From Anolis carolinensis (lineage: Eukaryota): a stretch of DNA of 64,000 nucleotides. The stretch spans positions 176,561,574 through 176,625,573 of the forward strand of contig NC_085841.1 in the NCBI RefSeq assembly GCF_035594765.1. The letters run 5' to 3'. Of this stretch, positions 25,601-36,959 are shown piece after piece. Each line of letters opens with the position of its first letter. The first letter of the stretch is position 1. Under the pieces are notes generated by a model that saw nothing but the letters and a program-made list of their open reading frames with translations, was not told where the DNA came from and ran no database searches. A program made the translations under genes and the position numbers.

Positions 25601-26356
25601 TTCCTGTCCACTCGCTTTCTGCCCTCCCACCGCCCTTGCCGGAAGTTAGATGCCCGTTTCATTGGCCCTTATCCAGTGGTGGCGCAATTAAACCCCGTGA
25701 CTTTCAAACTCCAACTTCCGCGTTCAATGCGCATCCACCCAGTGTTTCACCGTTCCCTGCTCCTTCCGGCGGATGGTGTGCGTCCTGATACAGACCAACC
25801 GGCTCCCCCTCCTGTTTTGATGAATGGGGAGGAGGAGTTCGAGGTTGAGGACATTTTAGATTCTCGCTTTCACCGCCGCCGCCTGCAATATCTCATTGAC
25901 TGGGTGGGTTTTGGCCCTGAGGAGCGCTCTTGGGAAGACGCCTCCACAGTTCACGCTCCTGATCTAACCCGTCGCTTTCATCAGACCTATCCCACCAAAC
26001 CGCGGCCTCGCGCTTCGGGGAGAGAGTCCCAGTTTGGGAGGGGCCCTGAGGAGGGGGATAGTGTGATGACTCATGGGCCTTGTAGTCCTGCTTATGACAC
26101 TGTAATGCCTGATGATGAAGAAAACTTGGGTTTTTTACCTTCCCAGTCTGAACTGGAATCTTCCCAGCCAGATCTTTCCCAGGCAGATCTGGGAACCTTG
26201 CACCTGCAAGAGAGTTGTGACCCAGAAGTATGTCAAACAAATCCGGAGCCCACTTCCCCTGTGTTCTCCCGCCATGAGTTTTGTAAACAACAGAGAAGTT
26301 TGGAAGCTGCTTCGCGCAGGAGTGCGAGGATAGCAGCCAAGAATTCAGCCAATTAA
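22571..26356 (+). CDS. pol: Pol (PR-RT-RNaseH-IN-chromodomain plus LTR-encoded tail), in the -1 frame relative to gag
   Basis: Frame open from 22571 (after TGA at 22568-22570). Motifs: DSGA protease, YLDD RT, DASD RNase H, H-x6-H...CPVC zinc finger, D-D-E core (SADF/TDRG/ERTN), GPYP, chromodomain EEFEVEDILDSR...YLIDWVGF...SWE; the stop codon lies inside the 3' LTR. Confidence 0.95.
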   Translation, partial: GGWHTAGGGSQRPGVERLANPVKKTIQEPPTGVLFLLVVTLWSAKRGPVMIHAMIDSGATNNFIDREYADSLGLQYHDFKNARVVQAIDGRPLKTGPVSQWSEPTRMWIREHMEEISFFVTEVPHFPVILGIPWLTLHDPSISWSNRELQFASKYCQNHCLVAKVCHATETEPIITLPKKYSEYWDVFNEKEAEKLPPHRPYDCAIDLVEGAPIPRGHLYSLTEPEQEALREFIETNLRKGFIRPSQSPAASPVMFVKKKSGELRLVVDYRALNNITKRNSYPLPLISDLLDRLRGAKVYTKLDLRGAYNLVRIREGDEWKTAFQTKFGLFESRVMNYGLCGAPATFQHFVNDIFQDYLDRFLIIYLDDFLVFSRSQSEHENHVKMVLQRLRDHGLYAKLEKCAFDLQEVDFLGYRISPLGLSMDPAKVSAVLEWRAPTNKKEVQRFLGFANYYRKFIPDFARWSDPITSCIRGKQPFRWTDQAEKGFQQLKKLFTSQPILQHPDPGTPFVVQADASDVAIGAVLLQPVGDHLHPCAFYSRQLTTPERNYTIWEKELLAIKAAFETWRHWLEGAKFPIEVHTDHRNLEHLRTARKLNQRQQRWALFFERFNFQIHYVTPAQTKQADALSRKPEYAAGRKETFESQLLQPENFATLTVGNTKSTPIGSTSSTPGPICAQEIRASQQADAWAQDQLRQGLHFPFSLKDGLLCYRNHVYIPPGPGREKALRLCHDCKPAGHFGLFKTMHLILRDFWWPKIRKDVEKYVNTCPVCQRSKIRREKPSGLLHPLPTPSRPWEIISADFITDLPPSCGFTTILVVVDLFTKLAHFIPCEGLPTAKETADLFLQHVFRLHGLPKSLVTDRGSQFTSRFWKALQKLLGIDSRLSSAHHPQTDGQTERTNATLEQYLRCYVNYQQDNWASLLPLSEFAYNNGVQASTKETPFFANYGFHPRFFPPVIETSEVPAAEDWLQELTAVQQLLLQQLDQAKEDYKRHADKHRQPGPEIKVGDRVFLSTRFLPSHRPCRKLDARFIGPYPVVAQLNPVTFKLQLPRSMRIHPVFHRSLLLPADGVRPDTDQPAPPPVLMNGEEEFEVEDILDSRFHRRRLQYLIDWVGFGPEERSWEDASTVHAPDLTRRFHQTYPTKPRPRASGRESQFGRGPEEGDSVMTHGPCSPAYDTVMPDDEENLGFLPSQSELESSQPDLSQADLGTLHLQESCDPEVCQTNPEPTSPVFSRHEFCKQQRSLEAASRRSARIAAKNSAN
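26048..26061 (+). promoter_or_regulatory. Polypurine tract
   Basis: GAGGAGGGGGATAG directly before the 3' LTR. Confidence 0.9.
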
Positions 26357-27034
26357 GTCTGCTTTTTCGTGAGAATCCTTAAGGAGGCAAACATCTGGTC
26401 TCAAAGATTAGCTTTCGTTTCTGGTTCCCAGAGAACTGCTTCGGCGGGAAAGTTAGACTCTATATAGGTGATTTACCCGCGAAGTAACTTCGCGGAGTCA
26501 ATTCGTCAACCTCCGGAGCGAGTTGTGTCTGGACAGCGCGCTCCGTTTCAAGCCTCGCTCCTGCTCAAGCCTTGCCCTGCTTTTCAGCCTTCGCTCCTGT
26601 TTCTGCCTTGTTTACCTACGGACCTTGCTTGTTTCCCGGGACTAAACATTGCCTTGTATCACGGATTTTACCAAGTTTTTTCCACGGACCTTGTTCTTGT
26701 TCCTTGTTACCTTGTTCCACGTTTTAAGCCTTGTTTCAAGTATCAAGTTATTTCCTAGCCTTGCTCAAGTTTATGGACTAAAGGACCTTGTCATCTCCCC
26801 TCACTTTGCCTGGCAAAGTGAGTGTTTCGGTTATTGGATTACAACTTTGAACCTTAATATTTCATATTGGACATCGCTTTTTTGAACTAATTTAGACCTT
26901 TCCTGAAAGGTCTGCTTTTGGACTATTTCATATACTTGCTTTTATTAACTTTATATATTCCTTCAATAAAGATATTAGATAGATTCTGGCCTCTGTGTTT
27001 GGTTATTGGTGCCTTTGCAGCCTGGGTCCTGACA
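26062..27034 (+). repeat. 3' LTR
   Basis: 973-bp direct repeat of the 5' LTR, followed by TSD GGAGC. Confidence 0.97.
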
Positions 27035-27769
27035 GGAGCTGAAATCACTTGACACTGGCACACTCAAACATTTAAACTACCAACAAATTATGAATGCACT
27101 AGGATCTATCTTTCAGTGGTGTTAAAAACAAACAGAACAAAAACCAAGCATCTATTGCTTCAATTTTACTTCTTGAGAAACATATCTTATGAGTTGAGAT
27201 TGCCCCTTGATGCCATTTGTTAAGATTAAGACATCGGTCATTTTAAGTTCCACCTCTAACTATAAAATAATTTTAAACTGGAGGTTCTGCTCTTGACTTA
27301 TATAAAACTCTTCCTGTATTAAAACAAATTTATCTTCATTTATGTTGCAATTATCTCTTACGGTAGTTAATTTGATGTAAATTAAACTATTGTTTAATTG
27401 CTCCTATTAATCGGAGATTTAAATATCCACAGCAATAAACAGTTACCTTCAGGACAGAACAAAGTCAAAGCTACTCATGTTGATCCTAGAAAAGCAAAAT
27501 AATTCAACATGGCAATGTTCATCCTAATGGCAATTTTCAAGATAGTAAGTTTTAGAAAAGGAGATGCAGCAAAACAGCACATTAGCAAGGACTGAAACAG
27601 TTTCACTTGCTACGATTGATAGATTCCAATATTCCTTTGCTACCTTTCCCATAACTACAGTATTTTGTTTTCTCTGAAGGAACTATATTATATATAAAAA
27701 TAATGTCAACCTTTTCCAAATATGTCTTATTGGACTGTTATAAATGAAGTGAGTTAGTCCAGAATGTAA

Positions 27770-29998
27770 GTGCATTTGAGTGCATGTACCGAAAGGTGGG
27801 TAACCAGGACAGAATAGGGATCCTGTTGGGGTACTGCCCACCCCGCTACTCAACTTTCCCTTCGTAAGATAGCTGGAGTGGTCTCGGGGTTGGCATTGGA
27901 GTCTCAGCGACTAATAGTGATGGGAGACTTCCACATCCATGCCGAAACTGCCCTGTCAGGAGTGGGTCAGGACTTCATGGCCTCCATGACAGCCATGGAT
28001 CTGTCTCAAGTGGTATCTTGTCCTACCCATGCTACTGGGCACACTTTGAACCTTTTTTTTCTGTGCAGGATGGGATTGTGGTGATTGTGGTGTGGAGGAA
28101 CTTGTCATAGTTTCGTTGTCACTATGTCAACTTGATCACTACCTGGTCAAGTTTAGACTTGCTGGGACTTCAAACCTCCACAGGGGTGGAGAACCAAGTA
28201 AGATGGTCTGTCCCAGGAGGCTTATGGATCCGGATGGATTCCTGATGGCTCTTGGGGATTTTCCTGTCACCTTTGCAGGCGATTCTGTTGAAGCTCTGGA
28301 TGACCTCTGGAATGGGGAAATGGCCAGGGTGGTGGACATAATTGCTCCTGAATGTTCTCTCTCATGGAGAAGAACCAAACCAGCCTCTTGATTTTCCCAG
28401 GAGTTGGCAATGATGAAGCAAGGGAGACGAAGACTAGGGAGATGTTGGCAGAAAACTCGAAATGAATCTGACTGAGCACAGCCTAAAGCATATTTAGAAG
28501 CCTACTCTGCTGCATTGGAGGCAGCAGAGAAATCATTCCTTGCTGCCACCATTGCACCTGAGGGATCCTGTCCAGCTAAGCTGTTTCAAGTGGTCAGACA
28601 GGCCAGAGGGAAATTGGCAGAGTGGGTGAAGGTGGTGGTCAATGCCTCCTTAGAACAAGACAACGTTCCAACCTGCCTAAAGAAGCTGTGAGACCTATAT
28701 TTAAAAAGCCATCCCTGAACCCCTCTATAATGGGCAACTATCGGCCAGTGTCCAAGCTTCTTTTTCTAAGCAAGGTCTTGGAGCATGTGGTGGCCTCCCA
28801 ACATCAGGGATTTCTGGATGAAACAGATTATCTAGATCCATTTCAATCTGGTTTCAGGCCTGGCTATGGTGGATGACCTATGTAAAGAGCTAGACAGGGG
28901 GAGTGTTTCCCTGTTGGTTCTCCTGGACCTCTCGGCAGCTTTCAATACCATTGACCATGGTATCTTTCTGGGTCGTCTCGCTGGGATGGGACTGAGAGGC
29001 ACTGTTTTACAGTAAGCCCATCCTTTCTGGAGGGTTCTATTCAAACCCTTGGCCGTTGACCTGTGGGGTTCCTTGGGGTTCCATTTTGTCCCCTATGCTG
29101 TTTAACATATACAAGAAACCACTGAGAAGGGTCACCCGGAGTTTTTGAATATGGTGCCACCTATGCAGTTGACACCCAACTCTACTATTTCTTTCCACCT
29201 AATGCCAAGGAAGCTGTCTTGACCCTAAACCAGTGTCTGTCATCAATAAAAGACTGAATGAGGGCAAACAAACTGAAACTTAATCCAGACAAGACAGAGG
29301 TACTTCTGGTCAGTTGGCAGGCAGACCAGGGAAGAGGGATCCAGTCTGTGTTGGATGGGGTCACACACACCCCTTGAAGACACAGGTCCACAGTTGAAGA
29401 GTTCTCCTGGACTCGGCACTGAACCTGGAGGCCAGGAGGGCCTTTGCACAACTAAAATTTGTATGCTAACTCTGCATGTTTCTTGAGAAGCCAGATCTGG
29501 CAACAGTGATACATGTCTTAGTTACATCCCATTTGGATTACTGTAATGCGTTTTATGTTAGACTGCTTCTGAAAAGTGCTCGGAAACTTCAGCTGGTCCA
29601 AAGAGCTGCAATCAGGTTGCTAACTGGGGCTAGCTGCAGGGTGGGAACAAGAGAATGAGCCTTTTCAGTGGCTACACTGCGACTCTGGAACTCCCTGCCC
29701 AGGGAAGCCAGAATGGCCCCCTCTGTGTTGTCCTTCCAGCAGCAGGGTATGTTTTTTATTTTGACAGGCTTTTAAAGATGAAGGTGTTTAAGATCTAGTC
29801 AGGGGGTGCTGTGGCTTTTAACTTTGAATATGTTTTGATGGATTTAAACTGAATTTTTAGTGATATTTGTGTTTAATTCTGTTTTAATGTTTATATATTT
29901 GTATATTTTAAATTGTATACTAATACTTTTATGTCAAGCTGCTTTGAGTCCCTTTTGGGGAGATAAAGCAGGGTACAAATAAATAAAAATAATAATAA
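27770..29998 (+). mobile_element. Degenerate, internally deleted L2 LINE (APE endonuclease plus RT remnants)
   Basis: GDFHIH, KKPSLNPSIMGNYRPVS, DPFQSGFRPG, LDLSAAFNTIDH, LKLNPDKTEVL, LDYCNAFY, KLQLVQRAA with stops and frameshifts; tail gctttgagtccc...aataaataa. Confidence 0.9.
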
Positions 29999-30002
29999 CT
30001 AA

Positions 30003-30240
30003 AGATTTAAAAACACAAAGTTAAAAATTTGGCATTATACTAAATGTCCTTTGACCAGAAGCTGGCCACTTGTGTCGCTGTAAAAAGGACCTCCACTGTG
30101 CAAGTAGCAGGGCTCAGGGGACATTGTAGCAAGTGGTCTGTGGGACACGAAAGAAACATCCCCGCAGGATCTAACACATCCAGGCATCCCCTGGGCAACG
30201 TCTTTGTAGACGGCTGATTCTCTCATACCAGCAGCATGTC
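30003..30240. mobile_element. Vingi-like 3' fragment (minus, ~30003-30140) joined to a Sauria SINE fragment (plus, ~30160-30235)
   Basis: Homology to 13075-13270 and to the SINE body catccaggcatcccctgggcaacgtc. Confidence 0.6.
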
Positions 30241-30583
30241 CAGGATGTATATGAGTCAGAGTGCGTGACAAAACATTCATGTAGGATATTTCTTCCATAC
30301 AAGAAATAAGATACAGGTAGAAAGGATCCTTGCCAAAAGTCTTCTTCCCAAATCCTAGTTTCATATGAAGAAGACACATGTGAGTTCTTAACTGCAGCTC
30401 AGAGACAGGTTACACTGAAGAAAAGTAGGCATGGGATTCATCAAGTAATGACAAGAAGTATTCAGAATTAGGGCTAAACATAGCGCATACCTTTGGAACA
30501 ATCTGGTGGCCTTCTACTATATGGGCCCACAAGCTTTTAGGCCCTGTGGAGTGCAATGTTCACTGGAGGGTCAGAGGCTATAC

Positions 30584-30964
30584 CAGTGGTTCTCAACCTG
30601 TGGGCCGCAGCTCAGCAGTGGGCCACGAGAATGAAAATCCAATCCACAAATCTTCTTCCTTTTTATTTATTTCCGCTCCTTTCTGAAGAGCTGACCATTG
30701 CATTGGATAGACCACATAAGCTCTAGATTATTAAATATGGTTTTCTGTGGATGAGCAGATGGCGACTACTGGATGGCATATGTTCTGTATCAGAAACTAG
30801 AGCTGATGTAGTTTATCCAATGCAATTTTCTGAATCAGCACCCCAAATAACCAAACTGGATCTAAAGTTGACCAAAACCTGATTCATAAGCCTTTTGGTA
30901 CTAATATTGAAAAGTGGTTCCTGGTCAAAGTGGTCCCTGGTCAAAAAAAGGTTGGGAACCACTG
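30584..30964. mobile_element. hAT-Charlie MITE
   Basis: TIRs cagtggttctcaacct / aggttgggaaccactg; 8-bp TSD ggctatac/ggatatac. Confidence 0.85.
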
Positions 30965-32149
30965 GGATATACCATTAGAGCTGGGGAAGCATTCTAGGCA
31001 AGTCCACAAGGGAAGGGCTTATCAATTGGGAGGAGTAGTAGAAATTTACCTTTTCACCATTGTTTCTCCCTCTACAATAGATCTGTGATTACTTCTTGCA
31101 TATCTAACCTAACAGGTCTAATTTAATGATTTGTTATCTCCCTATTTTCCGTGGAGACAAGAATATACACATATCCCTGCTGCTCCTTAGAATTTCTCAT
31201 ATCAAGAACTGGCCTAACAAAACCACCAAGACTCTCAGAACAATGTTACATAAATGTACGTGAAGTCTGACCCCTGCCTCCCAATCACTTCAGGTTACTG
31301 TCCAAACAATGCAACACCAAATAATACCGTTCATATTTGTGAACTACAAGAATTGACTTAGCATATGCTACATTGTGCTACATCCAAATTCTCTTTTTCA
31401 TTCCAAGCCTTCAATAGATCTCAAAACACAAAACCAATTCTCATACAATGTAGTTAAACCATTAAAGGCTTTCTCTTTTGAACCATCAAAGACATTGTTA
31501 AACTTTTTATTTTTTAAGAAGGCAATAATGCAATATAAAACTAAGCAATCTGAGTATTATGTAGGGATAATTATGCTGAAGTATGAATTCAGCATTTAGA
31601 TATCATTGTTTGCATATAAAATATTTTACATTCCATATCTATTAATCATCCAGCTAAATTGCTAAATATGTGGGCTCAATGAGCCTTCAACATTTTATGA
31701 GAAAATTACTCAATTGATCTGCTCTATTAAAAATATAACAAGAGACCAGATTCAGGCTTATATGGAACTCACAAACATGGCTGTCCCATGCTATAAATGA
31801 CAACATACATTTCAGAAATTCTGGCTATTCATGCCACTCCATGGAGATTACTCAAATCGTTGTCACCTGGAAGAAACTGAAATATTGCCTGCCTAGGATT
31901 AATAGAACTCCTGAAAATAAATCTAAATATACTTATCTATTTATATTGGCTATTAAGAATTATATGGATGTAGAGAGCAAACTAAAAAAGATACCACCAG
32001 TGATAACTAGAAAATGCCCACTAAAGACTGCTAAAAAGTAACAAAAGTCTGTAACTCACATCTTTTTAGCACCTCCTTCAGTGTGTGCATTCTAATGCCC
32101 CCCTTGCTAAAACCGAACTGAAAATGACGAATAGCAGTTCACCACTACT

Positions 32150-32300
32150 CAGGCTGGATCTATACTGCCTATTTACCAGGTTCTGATCCCAGATTATCTT
32201 CTTTGAACCGGATTATATGTTTCTACACAGTCAAAAAGTCTGGAATAAGCAGATAATCTGGGATCAAATCCTGGCAATAGGGCAGCGTAGATCCAACCTC
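32150..32300. mobile_element. Harbinger-like MITE
   Basis: TIRs aggctggatctatactgcc / ggcagcgtagatccaacct. Confidence 0.6.
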
Positions 32301-32382
32301 AGATTCTTCCCTAAGTAGGACCATCTGTAGGCATATAGATACACCACACTTTCTCTACACTTTGTTCCACTACTGTTCACCA

Positions 32383-32645
32383 CCAGGGATGGCGCAATGG
32401 TTTAAACCCTTGTGCCGGCTGAACTGCTGACCTGAAGGTTGGGTTGCTGATCTGAAGGTTGCCAGTTCGAATCCGTGTGATGGAGTGAGTTCCCATCTGT
32501 CAGCTCTAGCTTGCAGGGACATGAGAGAAGCCTCGCCGCTATCACATCTGGGCATCCCCTGTGCAACGTCTCTGTAGACGGCCAATTCTCTCACACAAGA
32601 AGCGACTTATAGTTCCATTTCTCAAGTTCCATTTGACACAATAAA
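32383..32645 (+). mobile_element. Sauria SINE
   Basis: tRNA-like head (ggcgcaatgg...agttcgaatcc) and body shared with the 60690 copy. Confidence 0.8.
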
Positions 32646-33109
32646 AATGATATAAAATTCATTTTCTGCATGGACTTAGTTGAAAAAGTTAACATGTAGA
32701 AGTAAGATGAACCTCAGAAGCTCAGGGGGAGCAGGAGTAGGGGTTCCACATGACCTTCAATTCACTAGCCCCTATTCGCTATTGATTTACCAGGCAGATG
32801 CAGAAACTTGAGAACTAGCTTTCATCAAAGATATGACCAGATATACATTTATATCAGTTTATGAATCTACTGTGCACTTTTTCTGCTGAGCAAGTTTGGT
32901 CTTTGGACCATAATCAAGATTGATGTAGGAGATATGGTCGTGGTATTTAAAGAATGCAATTCAGAAAGAACATGAATGTTCATATTTCTCTATTATTAGG
33001 TCTATTCATCCAATTTTCATTTGATGTTGAAGGAATCCACTAAAGAACATATCTAGATTCTGCTTTATCAGGGTTCAGCCACAGCTAAGGTCCATACATT
33101 AACTGTACC

Positions 33110-33497
33110 AGTTCCTAGAGAAGACCAATCTAGCCATGGTAACATATGCCTTGATTACATTCTGTTTCAGTTACCATAGAGCATTTTACATGAGGCATCC
33201 TTTGAAAAGTTCTCAGGAACTTCAGCTGGTCCAAACAGCTGCATGCGGAACATTGACTGGAGCTGACAATAGCTTCACTGGCTACTGATCCCTTTATGCT
33301 AACAATTCAAAATAGTGGTGGTAACCTATAACGCCCTGTACAGCTTAGGTCCAAGCTGTTTGAAGGACCATTGCTCCCTCAATGAGCCCATTACAGATCT
33401 AAAATCTTCTAGATCTCACCACCTTCCCAGGCTCATTTGGAAGGACTAAGGGAGAAGAGGACCTTTGTAATGGCTGCTCTCATGCTTTAGAACTCTC
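33110..33497 (+). mobile_element. Old L2 3' fragment
   Basis: ELQLVQTAA-type remnant and ctttagaactc end. Confidence 0.55.
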
Positions 33498-35477
33498 AGG
33501 CACTATCTATGCAAACACCACACACCTTTTCTCAAGAGATCTTATGCTCTTTCAGAAATGAACCAATTGTATCAAATACATCATGTGCAGTAGTTGTCAT
33601 TTCAAGAGGTTTGCAAAAGAGAAAGTCATCTTTAAAGTCTCCATCATTAATATACTTCACATAACTGTGAACAGTTTGCAATGTCTGTAGATTCATCAAG
33701 ATGAAAGTGGAGCATATTTAATTCCCTGGATTATCTGGTCAAGAATGTCAGCAGACATGCCATCTATTCTTCTGCGGGCAATGTCATTAGATAAGGAAAT
33801 TGCACTCAGCTTCATAACAAATTCATCTCCAATCATAACTCAATGTTTTTGGCCACTAGAAACAGTAAATCCTCAACAATGGTGAGAGGTTTCATAGCCG
33901 TAGCGATTCTGAGTGCCACCAAATATGAAGCTTCAATGGCTGTTACATTTTGTTTGGGGTACTTGCCACCGGTGTGAAGTCTGGCTTTCTTGAATCCATC
34001 AGTGTTGTAGCCCAGCCTTCATCTGAGCTATCAGGTGAGCCTAAGGTAGGGCCTGTTCAGCCTGTGATTGTCCCTGCACCTGCCTTGTCAGGGGACTCTG
34101 GGTTTGGGCCTGAGAGGTAGCCAGAGTTTGTCCCAGTGGATTCTGGGACCAGAAACATAATGGTTTCAAGCAGGCAGCTTGAACCACATTCCTCAAAGGA
34201 GTCAAGGTTGGATCTCCTGGTGCCAGATGGACATTCTAGTTTGGATTCTGGAAGTGATAAGGCGGATAGGGCTAATGAGCTTGACAGAAGGAAGGCGATA
34301 ACTCAGCAGAGGAAAGAAAGGGAGTGTGTCAGATGAAGTAAACAATTGCTTTTGAAATGAAATAATGAGCAGAGTTCTCATGGAAAGAGACCTTGAGTTT
34401 CCCTTAAAAAGGGCTGCTTTATCTGAAAAATTCAGAGGCAGTAACTTTGCTTATTCAAAAGAGGAAGATCTCTGCTTTGTGCTCCTGTGAACTCCATGTT
34501 ATTTTCCTGCAGCTTTGTATCTTGTTTCTAGTGCCAGCCTTATTTTTGTTTCTGGGGATTTCTGTGTAGCCAGTTGAATGTTCCAGTAACCTTGCAGTTT
34601 GGATTTCTGCTCCAGCCAAAACCCTTGCCATGTGTACCAGCATTAACCTTGTACCTTTGACTAAACTTGGAGATTTGTTCCCGTGTTCCAGCTTTGGCTT
34701 CCTGTGTTCCAGTTCGACTCATGCCTTTGATTAATCCTTGATATCTTGTTTGGACTATTCTTGATACCTGTCTTGGGACTTACTTTGATATCCAATTTGG
34801 ACTATGTTCTTTGAGTGACTTTTATGGACTTTTTCTTCAAGATTTTCATGTACTTAGTTCTTGTGGATTTAAACCCATTCTATTGACTATGAACTTTGAT
34901 TGGTTGCATATAATCTTCAATAAACAGCTTGCTTGCTTATATTCTGGGGCTCCAGTGTGGTTTTGAGGTGCCTACGCAACCTAGGGGTGCAACAATCAGC
35001 TTTGCTTCTAAAATGGTTGGTATATTTGCCGGCAAAGCTCAGATGCTTGCTATCAAAATGGCGTTTTAGTTTGTTTGGCTTCATAGAATTGGTTCACATA
35101 ACTTCACAACAAATAACACATTGTGATTTCTCAATTCCTGCTGTAATTACTGAGGTAAAACCAGTAATTACTGAGGTTAAAAATCCTCACTATATTTTTC
35201 ATAAGTACATTATGCTGCCTACTCTGTCACATGCACTTGTATTTGTATGGAGTGTATGTGATGGGGTTGGTGTGATGATGTCATCATGTTGGGTACTAGT
35301 ATGTGGCCGTATCTGCATGTAGGCGGACCCACCTGGAGATGGGTAGAGGAGTGGTGTCTCTGTTCCTAAAACCACCAGAAATATGTTTTCTGATGGTTTT
35401 AGGCGACCCCTGTGAAAAGGTTGTTTGACACCCCCCCCCCCCCAAAAGTGTCATGACCCACAGGTTGAGAACCACTG
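33498..35477 (-). mobile_element. hAT-Charlie/Buster DNA transposon remnant with transposase pseudogene, split by a solo LTR
   Basis: Minus strand gives SMKPNKLKRHFDSKH...KAD|GFKKARL...EASYLVALRIA...LSNDIARRRIDGMSADI...LDESTDIANCSQL...DDFLFCKPL...VCGVCIDSA; TIR cagtggttctcaacctg at 35461-35477. Confidence 0.85.
34003..34994 (+). mobile_element. Solo Gypsy LTR of a different family, 992 bp
   Basis: TGTTG...CAACA termini, 5-bp TSD ATCAG, AATAAA 34919-34924; removing it restores the transposase reading frame. Confidence 0.9.
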
Positions 35478-36004
35478 CTTTACAGGAACGTACATTATCT
35501 TTTTAATTTGACATAAAGCAAACACATTTAAAATTATGTTCATCCATGTATTGTGTTTTCTGTACCTCATGTTCCTCATCTGTGCCATTGTTGGCTAGAT
35601 TACTATTTCCTGCATGTGTCTTAAAGTCACCTGTCAACTTGTGGTTATCTTGTAAATTTCAGAAATGGTTTTGCTAGTTCTTTCCTCTGAAATATAACCA
35701 ACAGCACTTGGAAGATAGTTATTTGTCTCTCCTTTTTTGAAGAAGACTGCTCACCCCACACCTCTGAAAGTTAAGACTTTCATAATTTTGTGACATGTGA
35801 TAACGGTCATCGCATAGAGGTCCTAGTTTTGCGTACTGCAATATTATAGCCCAGTCCCAATCATGCTTTTTTCAAGATCACTTTCGTTATCTTTACTTCA
35901 ATGCATGCACATTTTTAAAGAGTCAACACTCACATTCTACTTCCATGTATTGCTGATCCAGTATCTTTGTTCACTTTGAGTGTGTCTCATTGAAATTCCA
36001 AATA

Positions 36005-36327
36005 CAGTAGAGTCTCACTTATCCAAGCTAAATGGGCCGGCAGAAGCTTGGATAAGCGAATAACTTGGATAATAAGGAGGGATTAAGGAAAAGCCTATTA
36101 AACATCAAATTAGGTTGTGATATTACAAATTAAGCACCAAAACTTCATGTTATACAACAAATTTGACAGAAAAAGTAGTTCAATAGGCAGTAATGTTATG
36201 TTGTAATTACTGTATTTACGAATTTAGCACCAAAATATCACGATACATTGAAAACATTGACTACAAAAATGGCTTGGATTATCCAGAGGCTTGGATAAGC
36301 GAGGCTTGGATAAGTGAAACTCTACTG
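36005..36327 (+). mobile_element. Tc1/Mariner MITE
   Basis: TIR cagtagagtctcacttatcc, TA TSD. Confidence 0.9.
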
Positions 36328-36959
36328 TAGTATCTTACAGCACTTTTGTTTACTGAGCAGAAGCAAAAGCTCAAGAAATACCTCTTTTCTACTCTTGCAC
36401 TGTCCCCTAGTGGCCACATAATAATTCTGAAAATATTATGGAGCACCAGGCACAGTTCTTACCTTTTCAGGGTAACTTCAGTGAGCTAACAGTGGTAAAT
36501 ATGTTTTACAACTATAGCAAGTTTCATCAGGATAGCTCAAAAATGATGCAGAATAGAATAGCATTGGCTTTTTTAACTGTCACAAAAATACACAGTAAGA
36601 TCAATACACTGTGCGAGGATGGGAGAGAGGACCTTGCAATTTTGGAATGCCTACCCCTTGGAAGTCCAACAAATACTGGTTTCATTTAAACACCAAAGGA
36701 AACCATGACTACTTTTTAAAGTTTTTGGGCTTCACTGATTTATCTCAAAATGCTAATTTATGTGGTTTTAAACTGGGTTTTAATCCACTAAACTTTTTAC
36801 TTTGTTAATTGCATTTAATAGTTTTGTTGTTTTAAATGTTTGAAATAATTTTACTTGTATGCTACTCTGAGACGTTTTGATATAAGGGTGGGATAGAATA
36901 CTTTAACAACAAGATCAGCAACAACAATATAATTTTTTTCCTGTAGCTGAAATATACTT

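Larger units (their letters stand above)
20614..27034 (+). mobile_element. Full-length Ty3/Gypsy LTR retrotransposon, chromovirus (Tf1/sushi group), apparently intact
   Basis: Two 973-bp TG...CA LTRs that look identical, 5-bp TSD GGAGC (20609-20613 / 27035-27039), uninterrupted gag and pol with a chromodomain. Confidence 0.97.
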
